8,174 bases of DNA from a virus. Lineage: Duplodnaviria > Heunggongvirae > Uroviricota > Caudoviricetes. The notes beneath the pieces were generated by a model. The model was not told where the DNA came from and ran no database searches. It saw only the letters and a program-made list of their open reading frames with translations. Location: the IMG/VR virus record IMGVR_UViG_2681813263_000010; one strand, written 5' to 3'. Positions 1 through 5,815 of this stretch are shown here, in pieces; the first letter of the stretch is position 1; each line of letters begins with the position of its first letter. The position numbers and the translations under genes were made by a program.

Positions 1-130
1 AGAGTTTTTTGCGGGCGTTTTGCCAGTCCTTACGAGCCTGTTCAGACGGGAATAACCCGTAGCCAGAGTTGTATACATCCCCACTGGCAACAATTTTTTC
101 CCGCTCTTCCTGTGTAAATACTTTTGCCAT
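1..130 (-). CDS. hypothetical protein, first 43 codons only (gene runs off the left edge)
   Basis: Minus-strand ATG at 130-128 opens a stop-free frame to position 1 (MAKVFTQEEREKIVASGDVYNSGYGLFPSEQARKDWQNARKKL...). A G-rich SD-like stretch (GGGGG) lies about 5 nt upstream, just after the TGA of the preceding gene (148-146). Not in the ORF track (partial, short). No family recognised. Confidence 0.4.
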   Translation of the reverse strand, partial: MAKVFTQEEREKIVASGDVYNSGYGLFPSEQARKDWQNARKKL

Positions 131-145
131 AAGCGCCCCCGGCAA

Positions 146-871
146 TCACTTTTCCGACACAATACGACCGGAGGAATCGACAATCTGTCGAACAATATCC
201 CGGTGCTTGTTCAGCTCCCGCAACGCGGCGCAGACACGCTCCCACTTCTGGACATGACTTTTCGCCCGACGCAGTTCGCGGTTTGCCATATGCAGCGATG
301 GTAAAACCAGGTCATCCGCTTGCGTTTCGGTGAACGATGGCAACGACTGCACAATGTCCGCCACAGTTTCTGTTTTAATTTCTTCCTGTGTTGCAGCTTC
401 CTGTACCGGTAACGCAACACCTGCTGGCTGAGGAAAGACTTTACCATCCGTTTCCGCTATGGATGCGGCTTTCGGCTCTGCCGGTAAATCAGCGCCCGGT
501 ATGCAGTACCGAAATTTACCGCCCTGATTCACGCGAATCAGACGCCCTTTGCTGATTGCCATGGCCAGCGATGAATTCGCCCGGCGGGAGGTAATCCCGA
601 ACATCAGTGCCAGCTCATCCGCCGTTTGTGGGCCATGTTGTTCAATCGCCTCAGTCAGCATTTGCGCTGTCACTTTCGGTACCGGTGACACTGGTTCACT
701 TTCACCAGCCTGAATCAGCCACCACATCGAACCCTTGTTATCCGCTTCACCACGGCGCTTCAGTTTCCACAGTTCGTTGACCGCATCTTCACGGCTGATT
801 CCAAGGCGGGACGCCACCACATGTGAAGAGGCTCTTTTCAGTGCTTTCAGTGCGTCAAATACAGTTTCCAT
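146..871 (-). CDS. phage hypothetical protein with two tandem HTH/winged-helix-like repeats (replication-module accessory gene)
   Basis: ORF-track 146..889 opens on TTG; the better start is ATG at 871-869 ([11 protein letters not shown]...), preceded by GGAGG about 8 nt upstream. 241 aa. Two internally similar segments (..[23 protein letters not shown].. and ..[28 protein letters not shown]..) suggest duplicated DNA-binding-like domains. Lies 21 bp downstream of the DnaC-like stop. Confidence 0.75.
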   Translation of the reverse strand: METVFDALKALKRASSHVVASRLGISREDAVNELWKLKRRGEADNKGSMWWLIQAGESEPVSPVPKVTAQMLTEAIEQHGPQTADELALMFGITSRRANSSLAMAISKGRLIRVNQGGKFRYCIPGADLPAEPKAASIAETDGKVFPQPAGVALPVQEAATQEEIKTETVADIVQSLPSFTETQADDLVLPSLHMANRELRRAKSHVQKWERVCAALRELNKHRDIVRQIVDSSGRIVSEK

Positions 872-892
872 TAAAACATCCTCCAACAAAAA

Positions 893-1513
893 TTACTTCA
901 CAACTCCCGGAAAGCTGACATTTGAACGCCAGCTATCCCAGTTAAACGTCACCCACCGACAACCGTTCATGGTCATGCGGTCCATAATCCTCTCACCAAG
1001 AAGCGTGCTCATTGCGGCATGATTCAGGTTTGTTAACATCCCGACACTGCACAGTGATGCTGTCCGGCGATCAATTATCTGGTGCAATACCACCTGCTCG
1101 TTTTTCGTCTCCCGCTGAATGCCTATTTCATCCAGGACCAGCAAATCAACCCCGCAAAGCTCCTGTAAAAATTTTTCACCGGATTTGCCGTTGTCGTAGC
1201 TGTCATGCAACACGCTCATGACATCAGACACGGTGACGATAATCACGCTGCGCCCCTTCGCCATCAGCCAGTTACCCATCGCCGCTGCAAGGTGATTTTT
1301 CCCGGTGCCGGTTTTACCGCTGAACACAAAATTCGTGCACCCGGTCATCAGTTCGTCAGCTATGGATTTGGCCTGGCTCAGCGCGTATTTTTGCCCGTCG
1401 TTCTGCACCTGATAATTCGCAAACGAGCATTTGCTGTGCAGAGGCTGGATGCCCGAACGATTCAGGATTTTTTCCACCCGCAACTGGCGATTCTGGCGGT
1501 TAATCTCCTCGCT
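893..1513 (-). CDS. DnaC-like replicative helicase loader (AAA+ ATPase), C-terminal 207 codons visible; 5' end masked
   Basis: Translation contains Walker A (FSGKTGTGKNHLAAAMG) and Walker B (DLLVLDEIG) in a DnaC/IstB-like context; stop at 895-893. Start lies in N-run 1514-1898. The ORF track fuses it with the upstream initiator through the N-run. Confidence 0.9.
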   Translation of the reverse strand, partial: SEEINRQNRQLRVEKILNRSGIQPLHSKCSFANYQVQNDGQKYALSQAKSIADELMTGCTNFVFSGKTGTGKNHLAAAMGNWLMAKGRSVIIVTVSDVMSVLHDSYDNGKSGEKFLQELCGVDLLVLDEIGIQRETKNEQVVLHQIIDRRTASLCSVGMLTNLNHAAMSTLLGERIMDRMTMNGCRWVTFNWDSWRSNVSFPGVVK

Positions 1514-1898
1514 NNNNNNNNNNNNNNNNNNNNNNNNNNNNNNNNNNNNNNNNNNNNNNNNNNNNNNNNNNNNNNNNNNNNNNNNNNNNNNNNNNNNNNN
1601 NNNNNNNNNNNNNNNNNNNNNNNNNNNNNNNNNNNNNNNNNNNNNNNNNNNNNNNNNNNNNNNNNNNNNNNNNNNNNNNNNNNNNNNNNNNNNNNNNNNN
1701 NNNNNNNNNNNNNNNNNNNNNNNNNNNNNNNNNNNNNNNNNNNNNNNNNNNNNNNNNNNNNNNNNNNNNNNNNNNNNNNNNNNNNNNNNNNNNNNNNNNN
1801 NNNNNNNNNNNNNNNNNNNNNNNNNNNNNNNNNNNNNNNNNNNNNNNNNNNNNNNNNNNNNNNNNNNNNNNNNNNNNNNNNNNNNNNNNNNNNNNNNN

Positions 1899-2773
1899 CG
1901 CCTCACACCATCCAGCATGGTCTCTGGTGGCACCCCCTCGCGCAATCTGGCCTTCCAGGCACTGAATGCGGATTTCTTCGGGTTTGCCCCGGCACGCAAC
2001 GGGTATTCCCGCCAGACCTGTTCGAACACATCCGGATAATCCACTCGTCCCACAGGCTGCCCGGTGTTTTCCGGGGCTACCCGATCGGCTTCCCGCTGAA
2101 TGGCGGAATCGGCTTCAGGCTGCTGCAGTTGGAGTGATTGCTCCGGCCTTGCGGTCATCACCTGCTGCACAGCGCCCGAATCGGCTTTCAGCGCATACGC
2201 TGAATCGGCTTCCGGTGTCGAGCCTGCTGGCTGACCAGGATTGACGGTCTGAACATCCCCTGCCTGGTTCGTGGCGTTTTTTACGCCATGGACCATAGTG
2301 TTTTGATCTTCTTTATCTGTATCTTTATCTGTATCTGTCGTGACTCGTCGTGACATGTGCGTGACATTTCGTGACGCGCCGTGACAATCGCCATTTTGTT
2401 CCCGCTTTCTTTCCCTCTCTCGCTGCGCCCTCTTGCGCTCTGCAGGAGATTTTGCGGTTTGCGAAATATTGCCGTTGTCCTCTTTAAGCACCTGGCGTTT
2501 TTCCCATCCAGTGATTAAATCACCATCAAGTACCCGCCCCTGCATCGTCTGCAAAATTGAATCAATTACCTCTTCTGTCACGTCGAGCGCACTTGCCAAA
2601 TCTTCTGTCGTGACATCAATGTGACCTCGCGTGACATTTCGTGACGCGCTCACCAGGAGGTGGATATACACTGCCATCACTGTTGCAATTGGCTGCCCTG
2701 ACACCCTGGCAATTGTTCGCCACTTAGGGTCATTTGGCATGTCATGCCATAATCTGAGCCAGGCGTTAGCCAT
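1899..2773 (-). CDS. phage replication initiator / replisome-organizer protein (O-like, YdaU-like); 3' end masked
   Basis: ATG at 2773-2771 (MANAWLRLWHDMPNDPKWRTIARVSG...) with SD-like AGAGGTGA upstream (track start GTG at 2779). About 290 codons visible before the N-run. Sits immediately upstream of the DnaC-like gene, as in lambdoid O-P / Rac ydaU-ydaV modules. Iteron repeats lie inside the coding sequence. Confidence 0.8.
2310..2337. repeat. AT-rich 12-bp tandem direct repeat (tctttatctgta x2 plus partial) flanking iterons; putative DNA-unwinding element
   Basis: tctttatctgta at 2310-2321 and 2322-2333, then tctg. Encodes the TDKDTDKD repeat in the initiator protein on the opposite strand. 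Confidence 0.75.
2339..2385. repeat. iteron cluster 1: five CGTGAC repeats phased at 10-11 bp (putative origin of replication)
   Basis: CGTGAC at 2339, 2349, 2360, 2370, 2380 (helical phasing), all inside the initiator gene, as for lambda ori inside O. Confidence 0.75.
2577..2649. repeat. iteron cluster 2 (GTCACG 2577; CGTGAC 2609, 2630, 2640; TGTGAC 2620) including a 21-bp exact copy of part of cluster 1
   Basis: gcgtgacatttcgtgacgcgc occurs exactly at 2359-2379 and 2629-2649; tcttctgtc occurs at 2571-2579 and 2601-2609. Confidence 0.7.
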
Positions 2774-2844
2774 ACTCACCTCTTCTGATACCGAATCTTT
2801 TTACTCACGAGTTGCCGGGAGCGATTCGATATGGCTATTGTCAG

Positions 2845-3090
2845 TCAATGTACTGCCACAGCATTTCCTGCCGGGCCACCACGGTTCATCTGATTGAAAC
2901 CGGCGATTGCCACTGCGACAAAATCATCAGCGTCTCTCACCAGTCGTTCATGCGTCTCCACCAGTTCCCGAAAATAAGCTGAACTGTGGCTGCGCATTCG
3001 AGCCACCAGCGGAGGTGGCATTGCCCTTTCGATCGCAGGTAACAACGCCTGAATTTTTTCAACAGCGTCAGGGGTGTCTTTATCCAGCCA
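2845..3090 (-). CDS. cII-position protein (YdaT-like by synteny), C-terminal 82 codons visible; 5' end masked
   Basis: Stop TGA at 2847-2845; frame stays open to the N-run at 3091 (...WLDKDTPDAVEKIQALLPAIERAMPPPLVARMRSHSSAYFRELVETHERLVRDADDFVAVAIAGFNQMNRGGPAGNAVAVH). Lies 71 bp upstream of the initiator start. Family assignment is positional only, not sequence recognition. Confidence 0.5.
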   Translation of the reverse strand, partial: WLDKDTPDAVEKIQALLPAIERAMPPPLVARMRSHSSAYFRELVETHERLVRDADDFVAVAIAGFNQMNRGGPAGNAVAVH

Positions 3091-3718
3091 NNNNNNNNNN
3101 NNNNNNNNNNNNNNNNNNNNNNNNNNNNNNNNNNNNNNNNNNNNNNNNNNNNNNNNNNNNNNNNNNNNNNNNNNNNNNNNNNNNNNNNNNNNNNNNNNNN
3201 NNNNNNNNNNNNNNNNNNNNNNNNNNNNNNNNNNNNNNNNNNNNNNNNNNNNNNNNNNNNNNNNNNNNNNNNNNNNNNNNNNNNNNNNNNNNNNNNNNNN
3301 NNNNNNNNNNNNNNNNNNNNNNNNNNNNNNNNNNNNNNNNNNNNNNNNNNNNNNNNNNNNNNNNNNNNNNNNNNNNNNNNNNNNNNNNNNNNNNNNNNNN
3401 NNNNNNNNNNNNNNNNNNNNNNNNNNNNNNNNNNNNNNNNNNNNNNNNNNNNNNNNNNNNNNNNNAACGTAATATTTTTTCTCCTGTAAGNNNNNNNNNN
3501 NNNNNNNNNNNNNNNNNNNNNNNNNNNNNNNNNNNNNNNNNNNNNNNNNNNNNNNNNNNNNNNNNNNNNNNNNNNNNNNNNNNNNNNNNNNNNNNNNNNN
3601 NNNNNNNNNNNNNNNNNNNNNNNNNNNNNNNNNNNNNNNNNNNNNNNNNNNNNNNNNNNNNAAAAGTAAATAGTGATGCTATTTCAAAGTGATTAGCAAT
3701 CTTATTAGAATTGGATGT

Positions 3719-4219
3719 ATGAAAAGAAAATCATTGTCAGACACCGACCTCAACGCCGCCAGAAGACTGAAAGAAATCTGGATGGCAAAGAAATCTCAGT
3801 TGGGATTGACTCAGGAACGTGCGGCGGAAATTATGGGGTTTTCAACACAAGGGGCGGTAAGTCACTACCTAAATGGTCAAACCCCACTAAACCTTGAGGC
3901 TGTTCTAAAGTTTGCTGGCTTACTGAAAGTTCCCCCTGAGTCAATCAGGCCAGACATGGTAGATTTGCTGCAAATTGCAAGGATGTATTGTCGAGAACCA
4001 CAGCAAGATAACATAGTCGCATTACCAGCAGACACAGAACAAACAGAGGATGAACTACCGTTTGCCGTAGAGCCGATGGAACGAGATTTAATCCATACGT
4101 TCAGAGCTTTTCCGAAAGAAGATCAAGAACACATGCTTCAGGAGATGAAAGATAAAAAAGAATCAATGGATCGTACGGTTGCGCGGTGGTTAGCTGCACA
4201 AAAAGGCCGTCGCGCCTAA
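3719..4219 (+). CDS. HTH (XRE/Cro-CI type) transcriptional regulator, PaaR-like regulator of the three-component TA operon; candidate immunity repressor
   Basis: ATG 3719 (MKRKSLSDTDLNAARRLKEIW...), 166 aa, stop TAA 4217-4219. HTH segment LTQERAAEIMGFSTQGAVSHYLNG. C-terminal motif DLIHTFRAFPKEDQEHMLQEM resembles the DicA C-terminal region as recalled. No peptidase S24 module. Track start GTG 3689 has no SD. Confidence 0.8.
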   Translation: MKRKSLSDTDLNAARRLKEIWMAKKSQLGLTQERAAEIMGFSTQGAVSHYLNGQTPLNLEAVLKFAGLLKVPPESIRPDMVDLLQIARMYCREPQQDNIVALPADTEQTEDELPFAVEPMERDLIHTFRAFPKEDQEHMLQEMKDKKESMDRTVARWLAAQKGRRA

Positions 4220-4238
4220 ATCAGAGGAGATATGTAAA

Positions 4239-4433
4239 ATGAGTACAGTCCTTTCCCCAATGGTTTCAGAATTTGAGACAGTTGAGCAAGAAAATAGTTA
4301 CAACGAATGGCTGCGGGCCAAAGTAGCAGCAAGCCTCGCGGATCCCCGCCCGGCGATTCCGCATGATGAGGTAATGGCGGAAATGGAACAAATTATTGCC
4401 CAAATTGCTGCTGCAACTCACAGAGGTGAATNN
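4239..4433 (+). CDS. paaA: PaaA-family antitoxin (64 aa; stop codon partly masked)
   Basis: SD GAGGA 4225-4229, ATG 4239. N-terminal 45 aa (..LSPMVSEFET.EQENSYNEWLRAKVA.SLADPRPAIPHDEV) matches the PaaA2 antitoxin of E. coli O157 paaR2-paaA2-parE2 as I recall it; the C-terminal 19 aa differ. In-frame codon 4431-4433 is tNN, consistent with a stop. Confidence 0.8.
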
Positions 4434-4469
4434 NNNNNNNNNNNNNNNNNNNNNNNNNNNNNNNNNNNN

Positions 4470-4587
4470 TTATGGCTACCATCTGCTCGTGATGATTTGC
4501 GCCAGATCGTAGCCTACATAGCTAAAGAAAATCCCGCGGCAGCACGCAGAATGAAAATTCGAATTGAAACATCCGTTTTGCCGCTCA
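4470..4587 (+). CDS. parE: ParE/RelE-superfamily toxin, N-terminal part visible (start in gap 4432-4469, 3' part in gap 4588-4730)
   Basis: LWLPSARDDLRQIVAYIAKENPAAARRMKIRIETSVLPL fits the ParE N-terminal helical hairpin pattern (..A..DL..I..YIA..NP.AA......L......LP). Immediately downstream of the PaaA-like antitoxin. Confidence 0.7.
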
Positions 4588-4730
4588 NNNNNNNNNNNNN
4601 NNNNNNNNNNNNNNNNNNNNNNNNNNNNNNNNNNNNNNNNNNNNNNNNNNNNNNNNNNNNNNNNNNNNNNNNNNNNNNNNNNNNNNNNNNNNNNNNNNNN
4701 NNNNNNNNNNNNNNNNNNNNNNNNNNNNNN

Positions 4731-4931
4731 GTATCCCTTTCCTGGTTGCTGACAGGAAAAGAAGATAGCAATAGAGAGACACTTGATGATGATGAGAAAG
4801 CCCTGCTTGATGTTTACAGAAATCTGCCACCTGTAGAACGCAGAAATATGCTTGCAGCTTTTCAAATGCGACTTCAAAAACTGACTGAATTTTATTCAGA
4901 ATACGTTGACCCAGCAACGCGTCAAAAATAA
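4731..4931 (+). CDS. DicA-like HTH repressor, C-terminal 66 codons (N-terminus masked, or a 3' remnant)
   Basis: VSLSWLLTGKEDSNRETLDDDEKALLDVYRNLPPVERRNMLAAFQMRLQKLTEFYSEYVDPATRQK, stop TAA 4929-4931. WLLTG is the typical end of a Cro/CI-type HTH domain; the following motif parallels DicA (..ELLELFNALPESEQDTQLAEM..) as recalled. Position upstream of ydfA-ydfB matches dicA in Qin. Confidence 0.5.
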   Translation, partial: VSLSWLLTGKEDSNRETLDDDEKALLDVYRNLPPVERRNMLAAFQMRLQKLTEFYSEYVDPATRQK

Positions 4932-4953
4932 TTCTTTATTTTACAAAACAATA

Positions 4954-4975
4954 CCGCCGAAAGGCGGTTTTTTTT
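4954..4975 (+). terminator. rho-independent terminator
   Basis: Stem CCGCC (4954-4958), loop GAAA, stem GGCGG (4963-4967), then T8 (4968-4975), 23 bp after the DicA-like stop. An A-rich tract upstream could allow weak activity on the other strand. Confidence 0.8.
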
Positions 4976-4980
4976 GCCTT

Positions 4981-5025
4981 TTATGAATTCATAATGTTGA
5001 CATATGTTCATTTAAAGAGAACAAT
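4981..5025 (+). promoter_or_regulatory. 14-bp perfect palindrome (operator candidate) abutting a sigma70-like promoter for the ydfA-dicB operon
   Basis: TTATGAATTCATAA (4981-4994) is perfectly self-complementary. TTGACA at 4997-5002; 17 bp downstream AACAAT (5020-5025) is a weak -10. About 75 bp upstream of the ydfA ATG. Confidence 0.4.
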
Positions 5026-5098
5026 GTATTCCATCAAAGCACAACGGTGCGACAGGTTTTAGTTCCGCCACCCGGCGTTAAGGGGAAATGAGGTCAGC

Positions 5099-5254
5099 AT
5101 GGATACTATCGATCTTGGCAACAACGAATCTCTGGTATGTGGCGTGTTCCCCAACCAGGATGGAACGTTCACCGCCATGACTTATACCAAAAGCAAAACG
5201 TTTAAAACCGAAGCTGGCGCGCGTCGCTGGCTGGAAAGAAACTCAGGTGAGTGA
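5099..5254 (+). CDS. ydfA: YdfA-like small prophage protein (51 aa)
   Basis: SD GAGGT 5090-5094, ATG 5099, stop TGA 5252-5254. MDTIDLGNNESLVCGVFPNQDGTFTAMTYTKSKTFKTEAGARRWLERNSGE, recognised as Qin-prophage YdfA-like. Not in the ORF track (short). Confidence 0.85.
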   Translation: MDTIDLGNNESLVCGVFPNQDGTFTAMTYTKSKTFKTEAGARRWLERNSGE

Positions 5255-5255
5255 T

Positions 5256-5384
5256 ATGGATTTCGACACAATCATGGAAAAGGCTTACGAAGAATACTTC
5301 GAAGGCCTTGCCGAAGGCGAAGAAGCTCTCAGCTTCAGCGAATTTAAACAGGCGCTTTCCAGTTCGGCAAAATCTAACGGCTGA
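5256..5384 (+). CDS. ydfB: YdfB-like small prophage protein (42 aa)
   Basis: ATG 5256, one nt after the ydfA stop; SD GGTGA 5246-5250; stop TGA 5382-5384. MDFDTIMEKAYEEYFEGLAEGEEALSFSEFKQALSSSAKSNG. Confidence 0.85.
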   Translation: MDFDTIMEKAYEEYFEGLAEGEEALSFSEFKQALSSSAKSNG

Positions 5385-5412
5385 TAAGCGAAACAGCACG
5401 CGAGGAATCAGT

Positions 5413-5523
5413 ATGCAGAAACGAGAACCCGTCATCATCGCGCCAGACTATACCGATGATGAACTTTATGAGTGGATTTTGGCGGCATCAGTTTCATTGC
5501 TGGCTGATGTCCGCCCTTTTTAA
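5413..5523 (+). CDS. YdfC-like small ORF (36 aa); 3' end overlaps the DicF-like sRNA
   Basis: SD GAGGAA 5402-5407, ATG 5413, stop TAA 5521-5523. MQKREPVIIAPDYTDDELYEWILAASVSLLADVRPF; the N-terminus resembles YdfC as recalled. The ORF-track 5251..5523 entry is the same frame with a spurious upstream start overlapping ydfB. Confidence 0.5.
   Translation: MQKREPVIIAPDYTDDELYEWILAASVSLLADVRPF
5465..5521 (+). ncRNA. dicF: DicF-like small RNA (processed from the dicB-operon transcript) with 3' terminator hairpin
   Basis: tttatgagtggattttGGCGGcATCAGtttcattgctggCTGATgtCCGCCcttttt resembles K-12 DicF as recalled (UUUCUGGUGACGUUUGGCGGUAUCAGUUUUACUCCGUGACUGCUCUGCCGCCC). Stem GGCGG.ATCAG / CTGAT..CCGCC (5481-5515), U-run 5517-5521. 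Position after ydfC matches Qin. Confidence 0.6.
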
Positions 5524-5703
5524 AGTGAATTTTGTGATGCGGTGAATGCGGCTCAGCGCACGCGGAACAGTTAAAACAGTAAGGAAAATCCCTTATTCCG
5601 GCGTTAATTATTAACTGGTTAACGTCACCTGGAGGCACCAGGCACCGCATCAACAAAGTTCACTTCGGTGATGAAAGGAAAGAGAAAATGTTGAATGTAG
5701 CTA

Positions 5704-5732
5704 TTGAAAACCAGAACGGGTGGAATTATAGT
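5704..5732 (+). promoter_or_regulatory. candidate sigma70 promoter: TTGAAA-N17-TATAGT
   Basis: TTGAAA 5704-5709, 17-bp spacer, TATAGT 5727-5732. Lies inside the stop-free frame upstream of the Rha ATG, arguing that this stretch is leader rather than coding. Confidence 0.4.
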
Positions 5733-5794
5733 GCATCTGCACCTCATAAAACGGGGGCCGGGCGTGGAAACCCGAACGTTACTCGAGCGCATAG

Positions 5795-5815
5795 CCGCGC
5801 TGAAGCGGTTTTTTT
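5795..5815 (+). terminator. weak terminator-like hairpin plus U-run (possible attenuator or sRNA 3' end)
   Basis: CCGC (5795-5798), loop GCTGAA, GCGG (5805-5808), followed by T7 (5809-5815). Only a 4-bp stem; an alternative GCGC/GCGC pairing (5787-5790 with 5797-5800) is mutually exclusive with it. Confidence 0.35.

Noticed and set aside
42-1221. ORFs 42..245(-), 69..257(+), 211..447(-), 735..1022(+), 1012..1221(+)
   Set aside because: Alternative-frame or antisense overlaps of the 146-871 and DnaC-like genes; Cys/Arg-rich translations typical of off-frame reads.
2310-2385. Possible CRISPR array (short tandem repeats)
   Set aside because: Repeat units are 6-12 bp with 10-11 bp phasing, have no spacers of CRISPR size, and lie inside a replication-initiator gene; they are iterons/AT-rich origin repeats.
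893-2779. Single 628-aa ORF in the track
   Set aside because: Reads through N-run 1514-1898 (N translated as X). The N-terminal part is a replication initiator and the C-terminal part a DnaC-like loader, so these are two genes that happen to share a frame.
3466-3490. Visible 25-bp island between two N-runs (aacgtaatattttttctcctgtaag) as an RBS or terminator
   Set aside because: A minus-strand AGGAG is present but no start codon at suitable spacing is visible; the T-run cannot be tied to a hairpin because the flanks are masked. Too little sequence to call.
1205-3692. ORFs 1205..2137(+), 1431..2039(+), 2907..3692(+), 3074..3472(+), and likewise 4476..4877(-), 4514..4771(-), 4585..4917(-), 4564..4752(+), 6889..7755(-)
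   Set aside because: Their length comes mainly from N-runs translated as X, and/or they are antisense to well-supported genes.
3715-3897. 60-aa ORF in an alternative frame at the start of the regulator gene
   Set aside because: Overlaps the HTH regulator frame, which has a clear domain structure; the translation is lysine/arginine-rich frame noise.
4239-4931. Single 230-aa ORF in the track
   Set aside because: Spans two N-runs. The visible segments are an antitoxin (with a likely stop at 4431-4433), a ParE-like toxin N-terminus and a DicA-like C-terminus; they are not one protein.
5251-5523. 90-aa ORF overlapping ydfB
   Set aside because: The alternative-start extension overlaps the well-supported ydfB gene in another frame. 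Only the 36-codon part from ATG 5413 with its SD is plausible.
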